Below, piece after piece: positions 36,836 through 48,242 of a DNA stretch of 64,000 bases (its first letter is position 1; the number at the start of each line of letters is the position of its first letter). The notes below the pieces were generated by a model. That model was given only the letters and a program-made list of their open reading frames with translations. It was not told the origin of the DNA and made no database searches. The translations under genes and the position numbers were made by a program. The DNA comes from Vezdaea acicularis (taxonomy: Eukaryota). Location: positions 1-64,000 of the forward strand of contig JAPEUI010000010.1 in assembly GCA_026025075.1 (NCBI GenBank), written 5' to 3'.

Positions 36836-39112
36836 TCAGTAAGGGCTGAAGGGTATTCCCGAGTGTCCAGTACCATTTGTCTGCTGTCCATTGGGAATGA
36901 ATGCAGGCTGCTGCACAGGCAGAATAAAGTTGAAGCCGTTTTGTTGTGCGTATGGCGGAGGTACCGGTTGTTGCTGTGGCTGCTGAGGGAAAGGCTGATA
37001 GGGATACTGGTATGGTTGAGGAGGCTGGTATTGCGGTTGCTGGAGATTAGGCACCTGAGGAGGCTGCATATGATTAGGAAGCTGATGCTGTGGGTATTGA
37101 TTATTTTGGAATTGATTGAGCTGGGGTTGATTTGCCTGGGAAAAGGTTGGTTGTTGTGGCTGCAGACGCGGAGGTTGGAAAGGGGGTGGCGGTGGCGGAG
37201 CTTGACTACCTTGAGAAGGGAATGGAAAGGGATAAGGCGGCTGGAAACCCTGATTTGATTGAGGGGTAGGCGGAACCGTTGGTTGTTGCTGCTGCTGAGA
37301 TGTCATTTGTGGTTTTGGATCGGAGTCTTGCTTTTTTGATATATCTGCAGAGTGTTTATCCATCGCTTCGAGAGGCTTTTGCGGATGCTGTACTCGCTGA
37401 TTTTGTCGGGGGTTTTCCTTTGCCTTCTCCTTAGCTGGCTCAGGCCGCAAGGGTACACTGTCATCGTAGCTCTGCGCAGCCAAGTGATTTCTGTCGGCCG
37501 TCCCAATCTCATCTAAAGAACGATATCCTCCGTATCTTGCGCCTCCACCTCGGCCGCCTCGACCAGAACCAGCACCTCCACGATTGTTCGTTCCTCGATG
37601 GTTTGCACCATTAACACCACCTCGGCCTCCATTACCGTTTCCACGATGCGACGAACCGCCATGACCGGATATACCTTTGCTTCGGCCTAACTGTGTGGGA
37701 TGATGCTGACGAAAGTTGAAATTTTGCTGCGATCCTGATGGACCTTTTCCTCCATTGTTACGCCCAAAATCCGACTTCGTATGCTGGAATTGTCTCTGAT
37801 GTTCAAGCTCTTCATGTGTATGCCTCCTTTTATTCGGTCTTGTCAGGTATGCAGTCCCCCATCCGCCTTCTTCCTTTTCATCGTTATCAATACTAAGCAG
37901 CGCTCTCTCACCAATAATGCTATCAAACTCGATGGCATTCTCGGCAGGTACGGGCTGCCAGTCCCGTATTTGTGAGGCATCTCGAGTGGTAGCACCCTTT
38001 GACAAGGCTAAGATAACAACGGGTGTTGAGTTCTCCGTATAATATGGGGTATCACTAGGGATAGGTTCAACCCGAGCGGCCCAAACTTTATTTTCGTAAA
38101 CCGACACGCCGTTCACACGCCAGCGTACCTTACTTCCTATAGGTCCAGCCTTTTCAGTTATTTTCTGATCCCATGGATGAGTTGTTATGATTATACTGTT
38201 CGCTAGGTACCTCATATTGGTATCATTCCTCCTTGATGGCAATTTGACAAAAGATACGAGCTTATCTGTTACTTCTTGAGAGATCAGGTATGCCGTAGAA
38301 AGAACCGTACGTTTTATCTTTAACATATACGTGTGCCGGTTCTTTGGCATATTGGAGTATGTTGTATTGTGTTGATTAATCATGCGTTGCACCTCTGCAG
38401 TTTCAGTAACAGGGTCAAGGTAGGTTACTTCTTCAATCACAAGTATAACTTCCCCTGTGATGGTTTTCCTTGAAATCGGGACCGGTGTCGCCAACAGCCG
38501 CTCATTAAAGTCTTCGAGGAACTTTCGAAAGCCTGTGACGTGCTTTGGTCTATCCTCGTAAATGCGAATATCATTAGCGTCTGTATATGTGTACATGAGG
38601 TCTTTAAGAAAATTTCGCTTGAAGTCCATTGTACTCTCGAATTTTTGATTATTGGGTCCCACATGGGGCTTTAGGACAATCAAGTCGAAGGAGAGGTTTC
38701 TACTGCGTATAATTCGCTTGATAAGGTCAGCGAAACCATGCTCAGAGCGGCCAGTCAAAAGAACGCTAATGGCATCCTTTTGCTTTGTGCTAAGCTCGCA
38801 AAGCTTGACAATCTGTTCGCTCCACCATCCTTGGTATCCACGAGCCTCTTCCTTTTCGATGCCCTCACCTGTAGCTTTCAAGATGCCGGGATCATGCCAC
38901 CAGCCTCCATTTAAGAAGCAATCTTGACTTCCAAGCCGGCCAATCGTAGAAACTCCCCATAAGCCCGGATTAGGCAAAGGGCTCAAGAATAGCGTGTTGT
39001 CAAAGTCATAGACATGGATGGTCTTGATGCTGTTGACTGCGGGGAGCTCTGAGTTTTGGCATGACCATCTCTTAAGCCCAGTTGTCGTGTGTATTGGCAT
39101 CATTGCCGACAT
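36836..39112 (-). CDS. HAD-superfamily 'Swiss Army Knife' RNA-repair-like protein with RGG and P/Q-rich C-terminus
   Basis: HAD motif I IHVYDFDNTLF, GGWWHD, motif II VLLTGR, LKP and motif IV IYEDR; single 758-aa ORF. Confidence 0.83.
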   Translation of the reverse strand: MSAMMPIHTTTGLKRWSCQNSELPAVNSIKTIHVYDFDNTLFLSPLPNPGLWGVSTIGRLGSQDCFLNGGWWHDPGILKATGEGIEKEEARGYQGWWSEQIVKLCELSTKQKDAISVLLTGRSEHGFADLIKRIIRSRNLSFDLIVLKPHVGPNNQKFESTMDFKRNFLKDLMYTYTDANDIRIYEDRPKHVTGFRKFLEDFNERLLATPVPISRKTITGEVILVIEEVTYLDPVTETAEVQRMINQHNTTYSNMPKNRHTYMLKIKRTVLSTAYLISQEVTDKLVSFVKLPSRRNDTNMRYLANSIIITTHPWDQKITEKAGPIGSKVRWRVNGVSVYENKVWAARVEPIPSDTPYYTENSTPVVILALSKGATTRDASQIRDWQPVPAENAIEFDSIIGERALLSIDNDEKEEGGWGTAYLTRPNKRRHTHEELEHQRQFQHTKSDFGRNNGGKGPSGSQQNFNFRQHHPTQLGRSKGISGHGGSSHRGNGNGGRGGVNGANHRGTNNRGGAGSGRGGRGGGARYGGYRSLDEIGTADRNHLAAQSYDDSVPLRPEPAKEKAKENPRQNQRVQHPQKPLEAMDKHSADISKKQDSDPKPQMTSQQQQQPTVPPTPQSNQGFQPPYPFPFPSQGSQAPPPPPPFQPPRLQPQQPTFSQANQPQLNQFQNNQYPQHQLPNHMQPPQVPNLQQPQYQPPQPYQYPYQPFPQQPQQQPVPPPYAQQNGFNFILPVQQPAFIPNGQQTNGTGHSGIPFSPY

Positions 39113-39856
39113 GGCCTAAGCAGAGTCTTTGAAGAGTCACCAGCCTTGGTACAGCTCAAGTTGACCCGCTGATACGTACTTCTACTGGAAAGAAGCGTCA
39201 ACGTATTATGTCAGAACCATCGTAGTGATGTGCTTGACAGGAATAGTCTGTCCAAAAGACGAATCAAAATCCAGGGCGAATGTTAGCCGAGAGATTGAAA
39301 TTTTACGGTCTGCTTAGGTGACCAACCCCGCAAGTTTAGCTCAATAAGGCATAAAACACAGAGTTTAGGTAGACTAGTCTACTTTAATTCAAGTCTAGTC
39401 CGATCTATACCGGTAGATGAAAAGCCGCGATTATAATGTTTCAGTGCATATGGGCTGGGTTCTCCAACTCCCTTCCCCCAAGCACAAGCAGTACTGCAGT
39501 CCTATTCTCTCTAAAATCGTGCTACGCAGCATTGGGCTGACGGAGCCTGCCAGATTCAAGGTAAAGAATGAGCCATATCGTAGCTGATTCATAGTTATAG
39601 ACTTGCTACAGGGCTATTCTAGTATATCCAGAATAGCTTGGTTTCAAAAGTCACAATGGTCAACTTCTAGAGCTTGATTACCATGGTCGTTCCGACAACT
39701 TTTCCGTCCGTGGCATGCACAGGAATGTGGGTTAAGGACTCAATGACGGTAAGGGCCGCAAAACCTCCCTAAAGAAGCTTTGCATCATGCAAGCATAACA
39801 GGCTTTATCCTCATGCGTTTATTGTCCAATCCCTTGAAATGATGCTAGTTATATGC

Positions 39857-41616
39857 TCAGAACTCCATTGCGTCTCCCTTAGGCTCCTCCTTTTCCCTTT
39901 TGATGACTCTCTCATCCTTCAGCAGACCTACAACGAAGGACTTAAAATACTCGACATAAGGCTTTAGGCTTGTTTTCTCATAGTCTTGCATTCGCTTTCC
40001 TTCTCCGTCGATTGCCATGTCGGTCCCATGCTTGCTGTCCCAGCTATCGATTTCCCCAAGAAGATCTGTAACTGTTGGCACCCCCAGGGGATCAAACTCT
40101 TCGACTCTGCGCACATCGATCGGGACGCATACTCGACCCGTCCCGGGATGGACCACAAATGGACTCTTCAACAAATGATTGAGCTTCTTGCTAACTTCAA
40201 TATCGAGACGTGGATAAGTGTATTCTAGCACGATATCCTGTTTTGCTTCCAGAAGTGCTTTGGCATCGAGAGTCTTGCTCGCGCCTGTCTTAGCAAGGGC
40301 GTCAATATCAGCCCACTTGCTCACGCTTGAACGGTCTGGGGCAGAGTCCCATTTCTTCCGTAGTGAGTCATTCAAGGTCCTGTCTGGTAGCAGCTCCAGA
40401 AGCCTTTCGTACTTTTTCTGCGACGCCCAAGGGTCCTGATCTCTAAGAATGTCGGTCTGAAAATGGTCTTTGAGGAGGTCGAGACTTCGACTAGAGAACA
40501 GGGAGGTTTAGTTGATAGAACCAGAGTTAAGTGTTTCTCGACTTACGCAAGATGGGGATGTAAGGGCCTTTTGACGTTGACTTTTTTTCCACTCTGTGCA
40601 CCTCCTTTGATAAGCCCCAGATAGCCAGCGATTGCTTTTCTCTTTGGATCGTCCATCTCACGTGCTCTCTTGTCGCTTATCCATGCGTGTGCGCCTCTTC
40701 GTCCAGAGTAGACCCACATGATGTGTTTGAAACCGAAATCGTCTCGCAGTGCTCTGTCGACGACTTTAATGGCCATGGTGATAAATTGCCAACATCGGAG
40801 ACAGATCTTCGCTCCGGAACAGCATACGCGGATCTCGTCATAGTCCGTGAGATCTATATCAAAGACAAGCTCTTTTGAGATAGGTTTGAAGTTGCTGGCC
40901 TTTCGTAAAGTCTTTCGTTCCCTTGGATTCGTACTGTATACTGGTCCAATCTCGAAACGTGATGGGTTGAGGTTTAGAATGTCTCTCCGTAATCTAAGTT
41001 CATCGTTAGAACATGAAAAGTGCCTACTTAAACCATCACCTCACAGGTCTGCTGTCGGGTATGATTGATATCGGAGATAGGCGTCATTTCGCAAGGTAAA
41101 GGTGAATTCTCTATGCGCAAAGTCGGAGGAAGGCGAGGGAGAGTGGTTTAACCACTGGAACAGATATCTGAAGGGGAACAGTCGTTGATAGAACGCGTAC
41201 ATGACTTCCGGGTCCGAGTACCTTACAGTAGGTGCGAGGTTTCTGTCCCGTTAGTGCTCTCTGGGAAAACAGGCATCTTAAGAAGCTCACATAGGAACCT
41301 TTTCCTGCTCCTCTGCCTTCAGCTCCGGGGTGCTTGATGCAAGGAACTCGTCATCATCATCGCCATCTTCAAACGATATCTCTCCTGGCTCTGCTGCAAC
41401 GGGCTTCACCTCGTTAGGGCTGAAGAGTGCTTCCTCCATCTTGACCTTCCAATCATCCATAGGCTGTTCAGAACGGTCAACTTGATCACCCGTCGATTGC
41501 GTATTGTGTTCGGTAACTTTTGCATCTTCAACCTCAAGTTCGGCTGGTACTTGGATTGGCGCATCGGGAAGCTCCTCATCTTGGAAAGATGGTTGCGACG
41601 GGACGGAATGAGGCAT
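39857..41616 (-). CDS. PRI1: DNA primase small (catalytic) subunit, 4 exons
   Basis: FYQRLFPF, REFTFTL, PSRFEIGPVY, KELVFDIDLTDY, WVYSGRRGAHAW and YPRLDIEVSKKLNHLLKSPFVVHPGTGRVCVP. Confidence 0.96.
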
Positions 41617-41772
41617 AGTCGCTAGCTTAGAGAGTTGACGCGCTGGCTAGCTTAGATCAAATCGATCAAGGCGCCGATCCCTGTTTGAAGGACCAGAGAG
41701 GACTGTGTCAGCCTTAGTTACATCATGCTGGCTTCGTTGTGCTGAGACCGAAGCTGCTGCTGTCACCGAGAT

Positions 41773-41807
41773 CGCGAAATCTTGGGAAGACGCGACGGTG
41801 GACGCGC
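41773..41807. promoter_or_regulatory. Cluster of SCB/MCB-like CGCG elements in the PRI1 promoter
   Basis: CGCGAAA 41773-41779, ACGCGA 41790-41795, ACGCGC 41802-41807 and another ACGCGC at 41638-41643. Confidence 0.5.
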
Positions 41808-42801
41808 CAAGACCCCCACTTTGGGTAGATATCCGTTTTAGGACAAGCGCTATCCATCGTTGATCCAATCATTAGAGTCGACGGAATCTGATTTCTACCT
41901 TGGTTGTCAGAAGCCTTTGTTTCTGCAAAGAGCTACGCTACATCCAGCTATATTGCAAGAACATATACATATTAATTCCAATGTTTTACTCAGCTTCCGG
42001 GCGTCATTCGACTATGGAAGAGCAACACATAGCCGACTCTGAGGTGGTCGCTCCTCCGGTTCTTTTTGCTTCCCTTGAATATATTAGGGCATTGTGTAGC
42101 CATACTGTAGCCTGCCGCTATGACATGGATTCATACCCTGTATTGAGATGAGACCTCGGAATCACTTCCTTCTTGCTAGTTTCTTTTTGCCGCCCGCTGA
42201 GGCCAATGCCACCGTCTCCGCATACGCCTCATACCGGTCCTCTGTGTTGACGAAGCCCCTCAAATGTGATCGCATAACTAAATCACGCTTTCTATGCTTA
42301 CCTTACAGGGAAAATGTTGGATCGCGGCAGATCTTTGCCTCAAGGCTATGAATCTGCGTCACAGGTCTGCGGCACGACGGTCTTGGCCGTACATGATCGC
42401 ACGTATGCCTATGCTTTCACGCGTCCCCAGACCTCTTACTGTCCCGACCTTAGAGCGCATCACACCACTAAGAGTTCGTGGTATAGCGCTGGACAGCTCC
42501 CATTATGGCAGCTGTCTGACTACGCTTCTCAATCCTGGCAGTAAGGCAGAGATCAGAACTCGCTGAGGCCTTAAGGGAAGATGCAGCGCACGGCAAAGCT
42601 TTATCGCCATCTAAGACTCAAAGCCTCAATCAACAGTCGAGCTTTGGTTATGTTGCGTTATTTTTTATTTATATATTCTCTGCCCCCCCTTAGACCTTTA
42701 CTCATAACAATTCCGCCTCCTCGTTCTCCTTTCCGAGCTCTGTAATATCTTCTTAAACGCCACTAGTACCGATCACTAAGACGGTATCATTCATTCTCAA
42801 T

Positions 42802-43675
42802 ATGGCCAGTATGGGAGTAGGCCTCAGCAACGCCAGCTACGCCATATCAGTCACTAACCTCGTTGAAACCCTCTTCAATCTGACCGCTAACGAATCCATC
42901 AATGCCATCAATGATACTAGTGTCGTTCTTGGCAGCTTTTCGTTCAACGTTTCGGATACATATCCCCTCACTGGCAACGCACTCAACAATAGCTTCTGCA
43001 ACCTCACCATCACCACCGACACAGCTTCATTCATTGACCCTAACTCACTAGCTGATGGTGAAACTAGCAGTTGGTCCATCAATGACTACCAGCTCTTCGA
43101 CTGCGCCAATAATTTCTCATGGAGTTATGGCTTCGTCCCTCTCGTTGGACCGGGTAGTGACCCAGACGCAAGTGACGGCGGGTGGCGATTCGGGGACTAT
43201 GGCCTCTTCATCTATCACAGGTATTTCGTCCTTTCCGGATCCCGACAGTCTCCTAAGCATCGCATCACTAACGCAGACCTCACTTCGCAGCATAGCAAAT
43301 GGTAGCACATCTCTCGTTCGTGTCGCTGGGGTTGAACTAGACTCATATGGCCCCCCAATGAACGACACGTCAGATGGCTCGGAGCTGCTCGTGCCTGGCA
43401 CGCTGAACCTGTTTCAGCTGAACTACTTGAATGCCAGCTACCCGCAGATACAGATACTTAACGCGTCAACGTCTGTCCTGCCCACGGACTGGGAGGCGCG
43501 GTACAATTCCTCGGGGGATCCGAATGCGACGGACAACGGTACGTTCTCGGTGCAAGTGCCGCTTGTTATTGAAACTAAGATTGACACCGGTTCGATGCTG
43601 GTAGCGGAACCCTCGGTCGTATCTTCGGCAGCAATTGCGATTGACAGTATGGCTGCGGGGGGGAGGAGGGGGTAG
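42802..43675 (+). CDS. Hypothetical Asn/Ser/Thr-rich protein, 2 exons (intron 43221-43290)
   Basis: ORFs 42802-43305 and 43055-43675 join in frame through GTATTT...CTAAC...GCAG; C-ending codon bias; TATA-like tatata near 42670. Confidence 0.65.
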
Positions 43676-43841
43676 GGGTTGAACGAGCATCCAGAAACCG
43701 CGAGTCACGCCAAGGAAGATGACTTGAATGCCGACCTATCGGTCTTTTCACTTACACTACAAAAAGCTTAAGACTGTCGCAAGACTTGTCGGACCCTCAG
43801 AGGTTCATAAAGAGAATGGTCACCTAAAAAACGTGGGCGCG

Positions 43842-43920
43842 GACTACTTCTACAGTATTAGACTACTTCTACAATTATTATACTACTTCTACAATATTAG
43901 ACTACTTCTCCAACATCAGA
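43842..43920. repeat. Minisatellite, 4 copies of a 19-20 bp unit (GACTACTTCTACAATATTA consensus)
   Basis: Units begin at 43842, 43861, 43881 and 43900 with a few substitutions. Confidence 0.85.
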
Positions 43921-44584
43921 GTACCAAACAATTTCCCACATAATCAGAGTCCTCCCATATAATAAACAGAGTTCTCCCATATGATAACACCTCCCCTAAG
44001 GCATGATACCAAACACGCCACCGATAAACCTAAACCCTTTCCTCCCCACCCCCTCCCCTTCCTCCTTCCCCCAAAACCGCTCCCTCACCCAAAACCCCAC
44101 TCTCATTTCCCCCCCCCCCCCCTTTCCAACAAACCAGCACGTTCCCCACCCTTACCGATATCCCCCCAACTCCTGCATCCCCACCCTCAAAGTGTCTACA
44201 GGAAAATCGTTTATTCCTCCAAGAGAGGGTTGCCAAGAAAAAGGGTTTATGCAATTGTTGTTAAGGGGGGGGAAGGGGGGTAGGCTGCATGCGGTACGGT
44301 CGCATATAATTTAGAGGCATCCCGATGAATGGCAAGCCACGACGTAGAGCTAAAGCTTGTATGTGTCTATAGATAAACATGATTGCATTAAACAGTAATC
44401 TCACGTCTCTAAATTTATGATCTCGATTAGATATAGAAACAGAAAAAAAGTCGTATCGCACACGTTACCATTCGCTCATCCAACAAACCGGCTTTAATAG
44501 AGCATCATCATCAAACCGCCAACAAACCCGCATTCCAAAAAAAAAGAAAGAAAACACAACGCTATCATTCACGTTAAAAGAGGC

Positions 44585-45847
44585 TTACTCCCCGGTCGTG
44601 GGGTTCTGGAGCCAGCTCTCGACCACGCCGGCGATTTGATCGCTATTCTTCTCGATGAACATGAAATGGGCGTTACCATGAATGCCGATATCGGCCAACT
44701 GGGTGAAATTGACGCTGATGCCGGCCTGGCGCATGTAGTCGACGACGCAGTAGTCCCAGCCCTGGTGGATGCTGGCCTCGGCGAGGAGGACGAGGACAGG
44801 GACTTTGGCGGCGTTGACGAGTTTCTTGGGGGGGTCGGCTTGGAGGATGCAGCTGTATCTCTCCGGGGTGGTGGTGCCGACGGTGACTTTCTGCAGGTCA
44901 GTGGCCGGGTTGACGACGGGCGGCTCGTAGGTGACGGGGATTTCGCTGAGGCCCCAGTCGTTGGTCTTGGTTTCGGGAATGTAGATCTGGAAGGGCGTGT
45001 TGTAGGGCTCGACGTTCACGGCGCCGACGACCAGGTCCGGGCATTTGTCTGAGAGCAGGAATGGGTAGACGGTTCCGGCCGAGTGAGAGATGAGGTAAGA
45101 TGGCCCGATGATGTCGAGGAGCGCGCAGCCAGCGACTTGCATGGCATACTGAAGGCGCGTGTTGTTGGTAGGGATGGGGAGAAGGGTCGCAAAGAATTGG
45201 TCGAAGATGGGATCACCTTTTGTGCCAGGCTAATGGAAGATTGTCAATGGAGGAAATGGAAGCAAGGAGTGGAAAGAACTTACGCCAGGCCATTGGGTAT
45301 GTAGGGCTGCTTGGGGGTACAGGAGAGCTTTCTCAGGGGCTGAGAAGGCAGCTTCGGCGAGCTCGACCGTTGCGCCTACGGCTTGGGGATAGTCCACAAA
45401 ATCGTTACTGGCGGAGCGCCCGACGCCGACCGTTTCCGTGATATAGACCTCGTAGCCCAGGTTGAGGAAGTAGGTTGCCCATCCTGCACGGCCATCCGGC
45501 GTATTGAGCCAATTCTATCACTCAAGTCAGGATAATGTCATATGTAAATTCAGCATTAACGAGCTTACCACTCCCGTCGGGCCTTGCCCATGGAAGAACA
45601 CGAGCGGATACGGCTGCTTAACCCCGCAGCTAGGTGTAAGCTTCTCGACGTACATCTGGTCCACGGCGAGGGTGCCATTGAGCGTTTCGTTGAAGTAGTA
45701 GCTTCCGCCAACGTAGAAAAAGTCTCTCTTTGCGAAGGCCTCGGGTGAGGTTACGTTTGGACTGGCTCCATCAACGCCTCCAACAGGCGCGGCCAGGGCT
45801 GATAACGAATTGAGCAGGCCGAGGGCCAAAAGTTTGGAAGACACCAT
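44585..45847 (-). CDS. Secreted alpha/beta hydrolase (lipase/esterase-like), 3 exons (introns 45515-45568, 45230-45283)
   Basis: Signal peptide MVSSKLLALGLLNSLSALA; QMYVEKL, PLVFFHG, NWLNTPDGRAGWA, HTQWPG, nucleophile SHSAG and GIHGNAHFMFIEKNS. Confidence 0.9.
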
Positions 45848-48242
45848 CTTCGCCTGTACTCCAGGAGAGAAGGGCTCAGGGTATTGGTAGAAATGTTAGG
45901 ATCGGTGCAAATGGATCTATGTGATGATCTGCAGCCAAAAAGCGCTTCTCAAAGCTCGGAATGACTGAGAGATGAGGGATATGGCTCAGGAATTCTCTTC
46001 TGGGAGAGGGAAAGAGAAAACGAAAGGATAAGCAAGAGAGCACAGGCTGGGGAGAGGGCTCCATTTCAACTCGAGCTCAACAGCCTAGTGGATCCTAATT
46101 TTGTTGATGATGGTCGTCGGATGGGTCGTGCAAAGTCTGCGGGAGCTGCGGGGGAGCTTAGAGAAAGCTATGCAAGGCTACGCAACGCCGCTGCCACGCG
46201 GGACCCCATGGCGTGGGAAACGGTCGGGGATGAACCCAATCATTGCCCGCCGCTTGCCTCCACGCGCGGGACAGCGAACGGACTGTCGGAACAGGGCAGA
46301 GCGCGGGCCAATGAGCGGGCCGGAATTCGCCCGATTTCGCGAAAAAGAAAGGAAATAAAGAAGTCGAAGCCGAATTTATGCTGCCTGCAAGACCAGCCAT
46401 GCGTTCGACACGCACGCAGACCGGTTCTCCAGCTCGAGGCCTATCTCCGACCGCGAACTGATATATGCCTGCATCACTGCATCACCGCGCTGCTGCATTG
46501 CTGCACCACTGCGTCGATTCCAGTTTATTCCTGCACGATGCAAGATGTGAGAGCGGGTCCAGCATCTCCATCATTCGTCCGACGCCCTCGGCCTGACGGT
46601 CGGAACATCGGCAGAGAGCCCTCCTCAACTCACGGCCCCGAGGCTTTTTCGAAGCTAGAAAACATGGGGCCCTTATGAAGGCGCAGGCTAACAGTCTTTT
46701 GTCGGCCGCGTCAAGCAGGCCTGGTCCGCAGGTCCTGGAAAGGGTATTGTAGCGCGTGTCCAAGAACTTGATCTTCGACAGCTTGACAGGCGAAAGAAAA
46801 CGAATAAGACGTGAAATAACCATCCTTTCTTTGTACAATGTACAGAGAGTGCTTCTGGATGCTCGTCCGCATCTTCGTGTTGTCAATTGGCCACGACATC
46901 CTTGGTGGACCGACTTGATTGTCTCAATGCGCGATGTGCGGATCGAGGGGGGGTGCCAGAGTCAATGGGTGGAAAGGGCGCAAAGCTCGCTTGGGGGCTG
47001 ACGGCGAACTTGGCGTGGAAAGCGCGTCCACCTAAGCGGCCCCCACAGTCAAGTGAGGGGAGACGCCGCATCCTCCCGTTGCGACGTCTTCAGTCTTTAA
47101 GTTCCTCCATGCGTCGGATATATACTCGACGCGCTCAAGATGTCTCACTCTCATTTGTCGAGATCGATAATCCCATCAACTTGGTCTTCATCAAATACTC
47201 CGCTCGCTGGAAATTCCAGGCGACGTCTGGATTACCGACGGCTCTCCCGCCGCCAGCGCCGGGCTCGAGGGCCGACTAGCGGTCGAGCGTCGACGGACTG
47301 GCGGGCCGGAGGATAGGTCTCAGCCATTCACCAACACGGTCCGTGCAGACCAGCCATCGGATACATTTCCATCAACGTCGAGATCTGCCTCCGACTCGGC
47401 ATCCCGTCGACCAGAAATCATCCCGTTCGGAAGCTCGAAGCACTGCCCTCTATTTCACCCTTATATACGGAAGCGACGCGCGATTGAAACTTTTCGTGTG
47501 AGAGGAACACGCGCGGAGCGGAGTTTCCCCCATCGAGGCCGAGTCGCGACTGCACGGAGCCAAGGCTGATGGCTTGTGCGACTCAATGAAAAGGCGGTGG
47601 TCGAACGTCAAACTGGGGTTAGCCCTCCGTCTTCGGGGAAGCTACGTCCCCTCCCGAAGGCTCCTTGTCGGCGATGTGATAGCTTGGCATCGAGCCACCA
47701 CCAGCAAATTTTCCAGGCCCAGCGACCCTCTCGTTGGTGGTGCGCGACGTCCGCCTCACCGGGGCAGGGCTCGACCCTGCTTGGCATTTACCCGAAGCCT
47801 ATCCGCGGTAGCGATCAACGAAACACGGCACGAATACGGGCCCGCCGTCGCTGCATCATGCCAACCACGGCCCGTCGTCCATGTCGCTGCGGCCCGGCCT
47901 TCCGCTCCCTTTGAGATCGACAACAGTCGAGGATGGCTCGAAACGCTGTCAGACGCGGAGAATGTCGAGCTTCATGACCCTCCACCTCTGGTGCCTGGCT
48001 GACTCCTGTCGGGTTCCTGCCTCCCTCGTGGCGGCGCTGCAGGAGTACATCAATGCATGGCTGTCCTCGTCATTTATCCAATAGATAAAGGGACTGCTTC
48101 GTCCGACTCATATCAAGTTGTTGCTACCTTTCTTCTTGGCTGTCACTCCAATCCGCTCTGCTGGGGAGTCTCTCTATCAATTATCTGCTTGTAACCTCCG
48201 ATCTATCCATCCGGGCCTCAGGAGAGTGCGCAGGTATTCGTC

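Noticed and set aside
41900..42570. Short ORFs that might form a small gene
   Set aside because: No convincing splice path or motif.
43842..43920. CRISPR-like periodicity
   Set aside because: Units are contiguous with no unique spacers, there are no cas genes and the context is eukaryotic.
46088..48100. ORFs of 100-196 aa in the divergent promoter
   Set aside because: No motifs; consistent with chance ORFs in GC-rich intergenic DNA.
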